A stretch of DNA of 63,676 bases, filler included, from Lama guanicoe (lineage: Eukaryota), in the NCBI GenBank assembly GCA_013239625.1. It is 145 parts of 145 records of this genome, joined end to end, with 100 filler letters (N's around TTAATTAATTAA, not from the genome) between each part and the next. Parts side by side here need not be neighbours in the genome. Positions count along the whole stretch, not along the records: positions 10,972 to 11,310 come from PNXV01057001.1; positions 11,411 to 11,749 come from PNXV01057002.1; positions 11,850 to 12,188 come from PNXV01057003.1; positions 12,289 to 12,627 come from PNXV01057004.1; positions 12,728 to 13,065 come from PNXV01057005.1; positions 13,166 to 13,504 come from PNXV01057006.1; positions 13,605 to 13,943 come from PNXV01057007.1; positions 14,044 to 14,382 come from PNXV01057008.1; 137 more parts are not named here. The stretch is one strand, 5' to 3'. The notes under the pieces are model-generated. The model was not told where the DNA came from, ran no database searches, and saw only the letters and a list, made by a program, of their open reading frames with translations. Below are positions 11,090-22,564 of the stretch, in pieces. A program made the position numbers and the translations under genes. The first letter of the stretch is position 1, and the number at the start of each line of letters is the position of its first letter.

Positions 11090-12727
11090 TCACCACAAAC
11101 TTAATCAGAAACAGCTGGTCGGAGCATTAAATAAGTCATTATAATGGCTTATGAAAAGTGGAACTATGCAGGAACACGAAGTCAGAACAACAGAAAAAAA
11201 AGATTTTGAGATTATTGGATTTGAACTGAAGTGACAAATAATTTTCAAGTCAGAGCAATGTGTCTTATTAAAGAAAGTGGAAACAGGACTAAAGAATTTT
11301 ATATTAAAAANNNNNNNNNNNNNNNNNNNNNNNNNNNNNNNNNNNNNNNNNNNNTTAATTAATTAANNNNNNNNNNNNNNNNNNNNNNNNNNNNNNNNNN
11401 NNNNNNNNNNGGCACAAAAGGAGGGACAAATATCCTGACCATAAAGTAAAAAATAATTCTGGGACTCTATGTTTATGATGTTAACAATGGTTAGTGTGCC
11501 TTGCCACAAATAATAAGAGAAGTTCATATGTACCTTTACTCTAGGATAGAGAAGCAATCATTGATGCACAGCTATGAACAAAGATTAGCAGTGGGAAATT
11601 ACTTTTTCAGGTTATACAGAAAAAAATGTCAAGCATAAATTTATATTTGAGCTGAAGTCTAAGAACTGAATCATGTGCTCAGAAGCATGCCATTGTGTTA
11701 CACTTTCCTCTTTGAAAATATTTTATTGTTATCCTCCAGAAGTTGTTCANNNNNNNNNNNNNNNNNNNNNNNNNNNNNNNNNNNNNNNNNNNNTTAATTA
11801 ATTAANNNNNNNNNNNNNNNNNNNNNNNNNNNNNNNNNNNNNNNNNNNNTTAAAATTCTACTTAATTTTTACTGTACAAAGGTTAGCCCAGATATGTAAA
11901 TAGAATTATACAGTTATTTACAACACCTTATGCATATTATATTCTTTAGATATAATATATTTGCTTTTCATATATTGATTACTTTTGCTTATATAACTCA
12001 TTAGTATATATTTGAAAATAAATTCCCCTATAGCAGTTTAGGACTATGCTCAATAAACAGAACAGAAACCTATCCTCTTATTTGCAGAAATAGCCAATCT
12101 CACAGTTTGTTCCAGTGAGAGCTTCAATGAGGCTGTGTAAGGATTGGAGGAGAGAAGCAAAGAGGTTTGAAAAAATGTATAACTTTAANNNNNNNNNNNN
12201 NNNNNNNNNNNNNNNNNNNNNNNNNNNNNNNNTTAATTAATTAANNNNNNNNNNNNNNNNNNNNNNNNNNNNNNNNNNNNNNNNNNNNAAAAAAAAATCA
12301 ATACATCTCAACTCTTCAGTTTAAGGGCGGAAAAGCACGGTCCTTAAGAACACATGCAAACACGTATCCACGTATGATATTGACAAGCTTCTGTTAGTTA
12401 TTGGTGACATAACACTACAATTTTAACTCAAGACTCAACTGCAGTACATGTGGCAATTTAACAACCTGCTTGTGAGGAGCAAAAATCCCTCAGCATCAAG
12501 CAAAATTATTCTTGGCTATCTGCTCTGTGGCCCAATAATTGGTCAGTAACAACCTGAGCAGAGAAAGCTGAATTCTTAACTACCAGTTCCCAAAATGTGG
12601 TTCTCTATATTGAACTGTGAATGACTGNNNNNNNNNNNNNNNNNNNNNNNNNNNNNNNNNNNNNNNNNNNNTTAATTAATTAANNNNNNNNNNNNNNNNN
12701 NNNNNNNNNNNNNNNNNNNNNNNNNNN

Positions 12728-13065
12728 ACCAACTCTGCTTACAGTGATAATGCAGGAAATTAAACCTGGCACAAGGGAACAGACTGAGAAACCAGAGTAA
12801 GTATTTCTCCTGCAACATGATCCCTTTGTGCAGAAGAATGGAAGTCTCTCCTCATGCAAAGTTCTGAGAGATAAGTATGTGTGAATGCTGTACTTCTATT
12901 ATCTTGTTGGGAACACAAAATTTTTTCCAGTTGGAAATCTCACTACATACATATATATGGGGATGTACTAGCTACAAATCAGTATTACAATGAAAATACA
13001 GAAAATTAAAACCAGCAATAGGAAACAAAACTGAGAAAACAAAGTGCTTCCACTGGAACACATAC
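12728..13065 (+). repeat. Satellite DNA, ~247-bp unit, diverged member
   Basis: ctgagaaa recurs at 12784 and 13031. The contig shares aacagactg(a/t)gaaaccaga..tttctcctgcaac..tccctttgtgc with contig 54514. Confidence 0.75.
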
Positions 13066-13212
13066 NNNNNNNNNNNNNNNNNNNNNNNNNNNNNNNNNNN
13101 NNNNNNNNNTTAATTAATTAANNNNNNNNNNNNNNNNNNNNNNNNNNNNNNNNNNNNNNNNNNNNAGTGGCCTGCTCTGCCGAAAGCACCAGGGGTTTTG
13201 CAGGATTAAAGA

Positions 13213-13355
13213 GACCCAGGCTGGGCCAGCGCAGGTAGGAGACACGCCCACGGTGGGGGCAGGGGCTGCAGGGACAATGACACACAGGCCGGGCCGGCGC
13301 AGGTAGGAGACACATCCATGGTCGGGGCAGGGGCTGCAGGGACAATGGGACACAG
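13213..13355 (+). repeat. 68-bp tandem duplication (about 2 copies)
   Basis: gcaggtaggagacac..ggggcaggggctgcagggacaatg starts at 13231 and 13299. Confidence 0.9.
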
Positions 13356-14112
13356 AATAGCTTGGGGGAGAAAGCTACTTTCATAATGATAGTGGTAAAA
13401 TCTGACCCAGCTGGACTCTGCTCTTCCTGATGAGGGAGCAGTCCTGGGGGTGGGGGGAGCACCAGGCTGGGTCAGCAAGTAGCCTGGAAAGAAAAGTTGA
13501 AAGANNNNNNNNNNNNNNNNNNNNNNNNNNNNNNNNNNNNNNNNNNNNTTAATTAATTAANNNNNNNNNNNNNNNNNNNNNNNNNNNNNNNNNNNNNNNN
13601 NNNNATTATTTATTACTCTTTCCAACTAAAGTATAAACACTTTGAGGGCAAGCACACATTTTGCACTTCTGGATGTGCTCCAAAGTGTCTGGAAATTGCT
13701 TCGTAAATACTTGTGGCATAAACATGTATGTGTTGAATCAGGCCATGGGAGCCCAGTAAGACTACAGGAGGAAGTCTGAACAAATCGCCTGGCTGGGGGC
13801 AGAGCTGGGTCTGGTAGCATGAATGATTCCTGGAATCCTTCAGCTCTGAGAGGCAGTAGAGACCAGTGGTCCAGGGCCCAGACTCTAGGGCAGGGTTGCT
13901 TGGTGTGATTTCCAGCTCCACCTAGAACCAGCTGACCTTGGATNNNNNNNNNNNNNNNNNNNNNNNNNNNNNNNNNNNNNNNNNNNNTTAATTAATTAAN
14001 NNNNNNNNNNNNNNNNNNNNNNNNNNNNNNNNNNNNNNNNNNNCCCTCAGTGGGACAAAGTTTAGGTTGCTACCTGAATCTGTGCTCCCTGAATTGCAAT
14101 TCCAAGACACCA

Positions 14113-14382
14113 AATAGGGGTGTAAGGGCTTCTACTGGCAAAGACTCATCAGAATTGAGGGGCTCTATTTTCCCAGTTTCATCAGGATCTTCCCACATTT
14201 CCACATTCCAATTTTCAGGATCCCATTTCTTCCCTATCGATGCCTGTGGTGTAACAGCAGACACCATGTGAAGTTGGGATTTCAATTTACATTATAATTC
14301 AGCCACTGACAGGCTGATGCTCTGGATCCGGTTTTCAGAAATCTCAGTGCTGTTGCTATGGGAGCTAAGGTTTTCTTTCAGG
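14113..14382 (-). mobile_element. ERVL gag fragment (degenerate)
   Basis: Minus translation ..IGKKWDPENWNVEMWEDPDETGKIEPLNSDESLP matches the ERVL Gag LIGKEWDPxxWxGDVWEDPDEAGD.EPLNSDE motif. Confidence 0.85.
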
Positions 14383-14671
14383 NNNNNNNNNNNNNNNNNN
14401 NNNNNNNNNNNNNNNNNNNNNNNNNNTTAATTAATTAANNNNNNNNNNNNNNNNNNNNNNNNNNNNNNNNNNNNNNNNNNNNCAGGCCCCAAAGAGTTGT
14501 TAGTGTCACTCTCTTTCTAGCTGTAAAGGGCAATGAAATAGGGCTGGCCTTTGCAGCCAGGATAGCTGTACTACCATTTGTTGGCTGTTTTATCTTAGGC
14601 CCCAGGGTTAATCTTTCCATATCTTGATTTCTCCATCTTACATGAGGACAACAGTTCCCACCTCAGAGGAC

Positions 14672-14821
14672 TGTTACGAGTTGAACCGTATCCCTCAAGA
14701 AGACATGCTGAAGTCCTAACCCCCCAGTACCTTTGAATATGAAACAGGGTCTGTGTAGATGTAATCAGGTTAAGACGAGGTCATGAGGGTGGTCCTTAAC
14801 CCAATATGATGGGTATCCTTA
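14672..14821 (+). mobile_element. MaLR LTR (MLT1B/C-like), 5' part
   Basis: tgttacgagttgaa..tgaagtcctaacccccagtacc..gttaagacgaggtcat..ccaatatga. Confidence 0.85.
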
Positions 14822-15084
14822 NNNNNNNNNNNNNNNNNNNNNNNNNNNNNNNNNNNNNNNNNNNNTTAATTAATTAANNNNNNNNNNNNNNNNNNNNNNN
14901 NNNNNNNNNNNNNNNNNNNNNAAAAAAAGAAAATTTTAATAGAAGAAAACACTTTTGATTTGGATGGAAACTGTAGGATAACTAGGAGAGGGAGAATAGT
15001 GGTAATTACAAAGTGGTATACAGTGGAGAAAGCAGTATAAAACCAGGCAGAATGTTGGGTGCTAGACAAAAGAGCAGCCAATTA

Positions 15085-15225
15085 TCTCAAATATTTATGA
15101 AAGAAGTAATAAAAGTTCTTAACAAACTATTTTAGAAAATACAGGAGAAGGGAACCCTTCCCAACTCATTTTATTAAATGACCACACCCTGATACCAAGA
15201 CCTGACAAAGGCATTGGAGAATATT
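15085..15225 (+). mobile_element. L1 ORF2 fragment
   Basis: aaactattttagaaaata..cttcccaactcattttat..accctgataccaagacctgacaaag. Confidence 0.75.
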
Positions 15226-15799
15226 ACAAAATTAATTTGTAATATTACAGATTAACGTAANNNNNNNNNNNNNNNNNNNNNNNNNNNNNNNNNNNNNNNN
15301 NNNNTTAATTAATTAANNNNNNNNNNNNNNNNNNNNNNNNNNNNNNNNNNNNNNNNNNNNATTTTATCCTAGAGCTTCTTGGATCTTACTTCTTTTGCCT
15401 TTTTAACTCCAATTACTCCAAGCATGGCCAGTTTGATGGGCCCTCTCCCTGTGAGGGCCAGTAAGAAGGTATGAGACAGGCTGCTTCAGTCCTATCAGGA
15501 TTTCTTCAGGGGCACCGGAAATATAAGTGAAAGCTTTTTACTTAATGGTTGTACAAATATATGAGATTACAACTCAAGAGAGAAAAACTTTAAAACTTTG
15601 CTTTCTGAAGTAATTTCAATATCCTCCTTTGTTTAAGTCTTTCTTCCTGAAATTCCTCACAATCCTTTCAAGAAAGGTCCCTTTTCTATGCACTAAAAGN
15701 NNNNNNNNNNNNNNNNNNNNNNNNNNNNNNNNNNNNNNNNNNNTTAATTAATTAANNNNNNNNNNNNNNNNNNNNNNNNNNNNNNNNNNNNNNNNNNNN

Positions 15800-16007
15800 G
15801 CGCGCACGCGCACCAGCGGGGCGGGAAAACGGCCGCTGCCCGTCGGCCGGGTCCCCGCGCGGGTCGCGGGCCCCGCTCAGCCCGTCACGCTCGCCGGGGA
15901 CCTCTCGGTAAGGGCGCCGGGCCGGGTCGCGGGCCGCCGGAAGCGGGGCGGCGGAAGGACGGCCACGGCGGCGCCTGCGCGCCCTGCCAGGCAGGTGCCG
16001 CCCGCCG
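15800..16007. promoter_or_regulatory. CpG-island / promoter-like fragment
   Basis: Very high GC and CpG content. NRF1-like GCGCACGCGC at 15802-15811, GC-box/E2F-like GGGGCGGGAAAA at 15818-15829, ETS-like CCGGAAGC at 15937-15944, possible splice donor CG|GTAAGG at 15907/15908. Confidence 0.65.
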
Positions 16008-16380
16008 TTTTTGGATATTTTTCTAGATTGTTTCCATTAATATACTTTTAATATTCTTTTATGTTGTTATCACTGTAACAGAATGTTTGATTTTGTTGCT
16101 TCTGAGTTTAATTAAAATAATCCTGAAGTTTTAATTGGNNNNNNNNNNNNNNNNNNNNNNNNNNNNNNNNNNNNNNNNNNNNTTAATTAATTAANNNNNN
16201 NNNNNNNNNNNNNNNNNNNNNNNNNNNNNNNNNNNNNNTCTCTCTCTCTTCCTCTCTCTCTCTCTCAGACACACAGATTCTTTTTAAAAATAAAGGTTAA
16301 TAAGCAAAAAGAGAATGGGAAAGTCAGCTTACAGGCAAATACATCAACCAGATGATCTTTCAAGAAACTGCCTGGTTTCT

Positions 16381-16577
16381 TAGAAAACAAACTATGGTTA
16401 CCAAAGTGGAAAGGGGTGGAGCGGAGGGATAATGTAGAAGTTTGGGATTAACAGATTACACACTACTATCGATAAACAACAAAGACCTACTGTGTAGCAC
16501 AGGGAACTCAGTGTCTTGTAATAACGTATAATGGAAAAGAATCTGAAAGGAAAGTACGTATGTATGTATGTATGTAT
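16381..16577 (+). mobile_element. L1 3' UTR (artiodactyl-type) ending in (TATG)n
   Basis: tagaaaacaaactatggttaccaaag..tttgggattaacaga..ctactgtgtagcacagggaact. Confidence 0.85.
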
Positions 16578-17286
16578 NNNNNNNNNNNNNNNNNNNNNNN
16601 NNNNNNNNNNNNNNNNNNNNNTTAATTAATTAANNNNNNNNNNNNNNNNNNNNNNNNNNNNNNNNNNNNNNNNNNNNTCTTGGGGCCCCTCCCTCGTATC
16701 TGCTGCACTGCTGGTGTCTTCCTTTATGTGACTTCCACCTCATTGATCTAGTAGACTTTCTTTGTTTCTCCCAGCAGACTTTGTCCTGGGGCATAATAAG
16801 CCTTAACGCCTGCTCCCGGCACAGCCTCCCAGTCCCCACAGGACATAATGGTGTCAGTGTGAACCCAGTGCCTGGACCCTGACCAGGGGTACTGCAGACC
16901 CCCTGCCTGGAGGCATGGGGTCCAGTCTGGAGCCGAGTCTCTGCCACCGCAGCCTGTCCCAGCCTGCCTGTCCTTTTACTCATCAAGACTTGACAGGTGC
17001 AGTCAAGTGGGTGTGANNNNNNNNNNNNNNNNNNNNNNNNNNNNNNNNNNNNNNNNNNNNTTAATTAATTAANNNNNNNNNNNNNNNNNNNNNNNNNNNN
17101 NNNNNNNNNNNNNNNNGACACGTGTTGTCCAGTCTAACAAGTACCTATTGAACAGCCACCAAGAAAAATGATACAAACATATAAAGATTGAGTTCCTTGC
17201 CTAAAAGAGTTGTCAGTCTCATCTGAGAAACCAGGTAGACTCTAAAAACTATCTACTTAGGGAGAAAAGTTATCTACAACTTGGAA

Positions 17287-17399
17287 TATATAATTTATCA
17301 TCCAAACCAATCCATTTTTGAGAGTATGAAGGAAGGTATTAATAGTTATGCTGAGGCAATAGAAGTAAACTGGGCAAAAAAGGGCATACGGACCCCATA
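17287..17399 (-). mobile_element. MER94-like (hAT-Blackjack) element
   Basis: atataatttatcatccaaacc..ttttgagagt..tattaatagttatgc..gtaaactggg. Confidence 0.6.
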
Positions 17400-18164
17400 A
17401 GGAGATCAGATCTGGGTAACTGAAGGACCCTTTGTTTGCTGAGCACCCAGAGGGANNNNNNNNNNNNNNNNNNNNNNNNNNNNNNNNNNNNNNNNNNNNT
17501 TAATTAATTAANNNNNNNNNNNNNNNNNNNNNNNNNNNNNNNNNNNNNNNNNNNNGATGTGCTTGCTGGGAGGCACACATGTGGCCACACTGGGAAACCC
17601 AGCAGCTCGTCATTTCCAGCTCTGTACATAACCTCCTGACAACAACAGAAGTAGGAAACTGGAGTTGGGGAGGTATGTTATTGTCTCATAGGGTAATGGG
17701 TTTTTAGTGACTGCTCCTTATACTCTTGGGTAAAGTCTATTTTTAAATCTAAACTGCCACTTAGGAGACATGGTCCTATCCGACACAGGGATGAACCATG
17801 TATTTCAAATATCAAAATGGGATGTCTACGATTACCACACACTTCCGAGATCCAACCTACAGCTCGCTTTTGTTTCCAAGTTCAGAGAAATAAANNNNNN
17901 NNNNNNNNNNNNNNNNNNNNNNNNNNNNNNNNNNNNNNTTAATTAATTAANNNNNNNNNNNNNNNNNNNNNNNNNNNNNNNNNNNNNNNNNNNNTCTGGG
18001 ATCCTGGCCTCACGGAGCTCACAGCCCAGACTGGAAGACAGGTATTACAGGTCATGACAAAGTCATCACAAAGTGTCATAATGCTCTGATGGAAAAGCGT
18101 GGGTTCTTGTATTAGTGTAGGTGGAGGCTCCGAAGCAGCCTCCCAGAGGGGTGACATTTCAGGT

Positions 18165-18333
18165 GCGTGTGTTTCCTGTGACTGCCGAAGCAAAGTGCTA
18201 CAAACTCAGTGGCTTAAAACAGCAGAAGTGTATTCTCTTACAGTTCTGGCCGGCAGAAGCTGGAAATGCATCTTACGGGGCTAAAACCGAGGTGTCCGCG
18301 GGCCTGGTTCTTTCTGGAGGCTCCAGGGAAAAA
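18165..18333 (-). mobile_element. MaLR LTR (MLT1-type)
   Basis: acaaactcagtggcttaaaacagcagaagtgtattctcttacagttctgg..ttctggaggctccaggg. Confidence 0.85.
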
Positions 18334-18433
18334 NNNNNNNNNNNNNNNNNNNNNNNNNNNNNNNNNNNNNNNNNNNNTTAATTAATTAANNNNNNNNNNN
18401 NNNNNNNNNNNNNNNNNNNNNNNNNNNNNNNNN

Positions 18434-18772
18434 ACCCTCAACCTAGCCGTAACCCTGAACCTAGCCGTAACCGTGCACCTAGCCCTAAACATGAACCTAG
18501 CCCTAACCCAAACAGAGGCCTAGCCCTGAACCTCGCCGTTACCCGGAAAGTAGCCGTAACCCTGAACCGAGCCCTCACCCAAACCTAACCCTAACCCTGA
18601 AACTAGATCCAACCCTGAATCTAGACCTAAACCTGAAACCAGCCCTAACCCTGGACATAGCCCTCACCTTGAAACTAGCCCTAAACCTGCACCTAGCCCT
18701 AACAAAGAATCTAGACCTAACCATACAACTAGCCATAACCCTACACCTAGCCCTAACCCTAAACCTAGCCCT
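18434..18772 (+). repeat. Telomere-derived 18-bp tandem repeat (consensus ACCCTGAACCTAGCCCTA), about 19 copies
   Basis: The whole contig is degenerate (CCCTAA)n with a fixed three-hexamer period CCCTGA/ACCTAG/CCCTAA. Confidence 0.92.
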
Positions 18773-18872
18773 NNNNNNNNNNNNNNNNNNNNNNNNNNNN
18801 NNNNNNNNNNNNNNNNTTAATTAATTAANNNNNNNNNNNNNNNNNNNNNNNNNNNNNNNNNNNNNNNNNNNN

Positions 18873-19211
18873 TATATGAATTCTATTTTTAATTTTTTGA
18901 AAAACTTCTATGCTTTTTTTTCATAGTACTTGTACCAATTTATAGTCCCAATGACAGTGCGCAATGGTTCCTTTTTATCCACATCCTCAACACTTGTTAC
19001 ATCTTGTCTTCTTGATAATTGCCGTTCTAACAGGAATAAGATGCTGTGGCATTTTAGTTTTGATTTGTATTACCCTGATAATGAGTGATGCTGAGCATCT
19101 TGGTGTGAGCTTGTTGGTATTTTCCCATTTATTCTCTGGATAAATTATTTTCCAGTCTTTTCACTGAACTTAATTGGAGTTTTTTGTTTCCTTTTAAAAT
19201 TAGATTGCATA
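18873..19211 (-). mobile_element. L1 ORF2 3' region
   Basis: ttctatttttaattttttga..ccacatcctcaacacttg..ttgccgttctaacagg..gatgctgagcatct. Confidence 0.85.
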
Positions 19212-19399
19212 NNNNNNNNNNNNNNNNNNNNNNNNNNNNNNNNNNNNNNNNNNNNTTAATTAATTAANNNNNNNNNNNNNNNNNNNNNNNNNNNNNNNNN
19301 NNNNNNNNNNNGAGTGAACAAATCTGAGGTATATTCTACATGGCTTTTCAGAGGGTCTCGTGGGACTCAGGTCCAGCTGACTACAAGAGCATCCAGCTC

Positions 19400-19549
19400 A
19401 GCAGCACAGCTTTGTGCTATTTTTCCTCTTCCTGGGACACTATTTCAGTCCCCTGCTCCTATACCCTAGGATCATTTCCCAAAATAAATTCTCTCCATGA
19501 AAGCTCTTGTCTCTCACTTTACTTTCTGGAGGAAATCCACGCTAAGACA
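19400..19549 (+). mobile_element. Ancient ERVL LTR 3' end (LTR16/LTR33-like)
   Basis: aataaa followed by cttgtctctcactttactttctggaggaaatccacgctaagaca. Confidence 0.55.
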
Positions 19550-19645
19550 TGCCTCAGGATAGGCATTGTTTTTATCCCCATTCTGCAGATGAGGAAACAG
19601 AAGTTTGAAAACTTTGGAAAACTTCAGCTGGTAAATGGCAAAGCA
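19550..19645 (-). mobile_element. MIR SINE
   Basis: ttatccccattctgcagatgaggaaacagaag..cagctggtaaatggcaaagc. Confidence 0.75.
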
Positions 19646-19934
19646 AAGAANNNNNNNNNNNNNNNNNNNNNNNNNNNNNNNNNNNNNNNNNNNNTTAATT
19701 AATTAANNNNNNNNNNNNNNNNNNNNNNNNNNNNNNNNNNNNNNNNNNNNTTGACAGTTAATCACTGGACAGAGAGCAGTTGAAGCCACGGGAATAAATA
19801 CCACCCACTGAAAGTTTACCAAAGAAAAGGGAAGGAGGGTACTTCTGGTTCAGAAAATATGCCAGACCAGAAACTTGAAGACACACTCACTGAAGACACA
19901 TAGAAACGTAGAACACAATGCCGCCAGTCTTTTC

Positions 19935-20089
19935 TTCTTTTTTTTTAACAGGCACCTTTATTATGGCATGATTCCTGTACAGTAAAATACACATATTTCA
20001 CATGTAGTATTTGATGAATTTGATAGTGTCTACATCCAGAAAACCATCACCACAATCAAGATAGCTAACATTCCCATCACTCCCCAAGA
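19935..20089 (-). mobile_element. L1 (L1MB/ME-type) 3' end
   Basis: tacagtaaaatacacatattt..ttgatgaatttga..aaccatcaccacaatcaagatag..cccatcactcccca. Confidence 0.75.
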
Positions 20090-20628
20090 NNNNNNNNNNN
20101 NNNNNNNNNNNNNNNNNNNNNNNNNNNNNNNNNTTAATTAATTAANNNNNNNNNNNNNNNNNNNNNNNNNNNNNNNNNNNNNNNNNNNNGAAAAGATGCT
20201 ACTTCTCTTCCTGACCTCTGAGTTGTTTCTATAAAACCACAGATAAATCAGACCCAGCCAGCACCTTTGAACTGGAGCATTTACTGGCCACGACCTCCTT
20301 TGTCCTCAGAGAAGGAATTGCACTTCCAAGTCCTTGCTGAATAATTTATTTGTATTCAGAGGCTTCGAAACATTGAGTAGACAAATGGTTCACTTTTATG
20401 TTCTATAGCTGTGGTCAAATGTAAACGCAAGATGAGTGTGTGCGTGTGTGTGTGTGTTTGTGTGTGTATGTGTGTACACACGTGCTTCTAACTTCTTTCT
20501 GCTCCAAATCATAAGGGGGCTGAAAATTNNNNNNNNNNNNNNNNNNNNNNNNNNNNNNNNNNNNNNNNNNNNTTAATTAATTAANNNNNNNNNNNNNNNN
20601 NNNNNNNNNNNNNNNNNNNNNNNNNNNN

Positions 20629-20967
20629 TTTTTTGAGTGGTGTGAAATAGGGGTCCACTTTCATTCTTCTGCATGTGAGCCATTACACACTTAACACCAT
20701 TTAATAATCTATCTTTTCTCCGTTAAGTATTTTTGGCTTCTTTATTATATAATAGTAGATTGTATCTGTAAGGATTGATTTCTGGGATCTTAATTCTGTT
20801 CCATTGTTCTATATGTCTATTTTAATGGAAATATCATGCCGTTTTGATTGCTAGATCTTCACAATATAGCTTGAATTACGAAGTGTGATGTCTCCATCTT
20901 TGCTCTTCCTCAAGATTGCTTTGGCTATTTAGAGTCTTTTGTGGGTTTTGGCAAATTTGGGGATGTT
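20629..20967 (-). mobile_element. L1 ORF2 fragment
   Basis: gggtccactttcattcttctgcatgtg..attctgttccattg..ctcaagattgctttggctatt. Confidence 0.88.
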
Positions 20968-21506
20968 NNNNNNNNNNNNNNNNNNNNNNNNNNNNNNNNN
21001 NNNNNNNNNNNTTAATTAATTAANNNNNNNNNNNNNNNNNNNNNNNNNNNNNNNNNNNNNNNNNNNNAAAAAAAAAAAGCTTTGATCAATGCAAAGTTCT
21101 TCCTATAAATAAGTTAAAACCAACTCTTTTTTCCTGTAACTTCCATCCCTTATTCTAATATCTCTGCCTCTGGGGCCATGTGGGAAAGAAAAGGGGGCAT
21201 CAATCCCACATGGTCATAGCAGCTCATCCAGTACTTGAAGACTTGGACCGTGTGCCTCCTAGTCCCCTTCCTTCTCAGCAAAACATCTCTCTCTGCTCAT
21301 CTCCTCCCTTGAAGAGAAGTCACTGTGCATTCACACATCATGGGAGTCCGTGTGTCTTAAACACCATGTCTTCGAGTTTGGGGCTTAGAGCTGGGTTTGT
21401 CAGGTCNNNNNNNNNNNNNNNNNNNNNNNNNNNNNNNNNNNNNNNNNNNNTTAATTAATTAANNNNNNNNNNNNNNNNNNNNNNNNNNNNNNNNNNNNNN
21501 NNNNNN

Positions 21507-21699
21507 TGGAATGGAGGTAGACAACCAGGTCCTACTGAAGAGCGCAGGGAACTCTGTTCAGTTCCTCATAGTCACCCGGAGTGACAAAGAATACGAACAT
21601 GAACATACGTGTGATTGAGTCACTGTGCTGCACACCAGAAGTTAGCACAACATTGTAAACCAACTACACGTCAATAAAAAATAAATAAATTAAAAAAAA
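21507..21699 (+). mobile_element. L1 3' terminus with poly(A) signal and tail
   Basis: ctgtgctgcacaccagaagttagcacaacattgtaaaccaactacacgtcAATAAAaaataaataaattaaaaaaa. Confidence 0.85.
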
Positions 21700-22387
21700 G
21701 TAAACTATACCTGGAGTTTGGGTAGCTTTGAGGCCGACAGCAGGTTTTTCCCGCCCTTTCTTTGTCCCCAATGGAAGTGTTGCCCTCTCTGGTCTCCCTG
21801 GGTGGGACACAGCTGAGAACAGGTGTGGCGTTTGGACAGAGACCTCNNNNNNNNNNNNNNNNNNNNNNNNNNNNNNNNNNNNNNNNNNNNTTAATTAATT
21901 AANNNNNNNNNNNNNNNNNNNNNNNNNNNNNNNNNNNNNNNNNNNNATTGCTTCAGTAGTATCAGGAGACAGGCATCAACGTGTCCCCAGATGGATAGTA
22001 AGTCAGAAACTTTCCTAGAGACTGGACCAGGAGTCTTTCCCATAGTAAACATGAAGTCAGGTAATGAAGCGGAACACGAATATTCCTTCAGGGGATGGAG
22101 AGACAAGGCCCTTCTGGGTAAGAGGACATTATGTAAGGAGCCTATGAGATAGGTCCAAAGTCAGATTCTCCCTCTCAAAGAACAAAGCCTGGTGGGTTAT
22201 CAGATCTGGGCCCCAGTATGCATTTGAGCCCTGTAACAAAGTGGCCCTATTCTGAATCCACACTTAGGAAGCAGCCCCTAACCTCANNNNNNNNNNNNNN
22301 NNNNNNNNNNNNNNNNNNNNNNNNNNNNNNTTAATTAATTAANNNNNNNNNNNNNNNNNNNNNNNNNNNNNNNNNNNNNNNNNNNNT

Positions 22388-22564
22388 TATACCTACATGC
22401 TCCCCAGCTCCTACCACAGCCCTGAGAAGGACATGATGGTATCTGTCTTTTACACCATACTCACTCCTGTGCTAAACCCTTTAATCTACAGTCTGAGGAA
22501 TAAGGATGTTATGGGAGCTCTGAAGAAAATGTTGAATGGGAGCTTTCAAGAAACTGTAAAGTAA
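22388..22564 (+). CDS. Olfactory receptor C-terminal part (end of TM6, TM7, tail), OR2T-like, partial
   Basis: [58 protein letters not shown], containing the OR TM7 motif [12 protein letters not shown]. Stop TAA at 22562-22564. Not in the ORF track. Confidence 0.93.
   Translation, partial: YTYMLPSSYHSPEKDMMVSVFYTILTPVLNPLIYSLRNKDVMGALKKMLNGSFQETVK

Noticed and set aside
13114..13478. Cys/Pro-rich ORFs resembling keratin-associated or metallothionein-like proteins
   Set aside because: They are produced by the 68-bp duplication, whose period is not a multiple of three, so the same peptide reappears in different frames.
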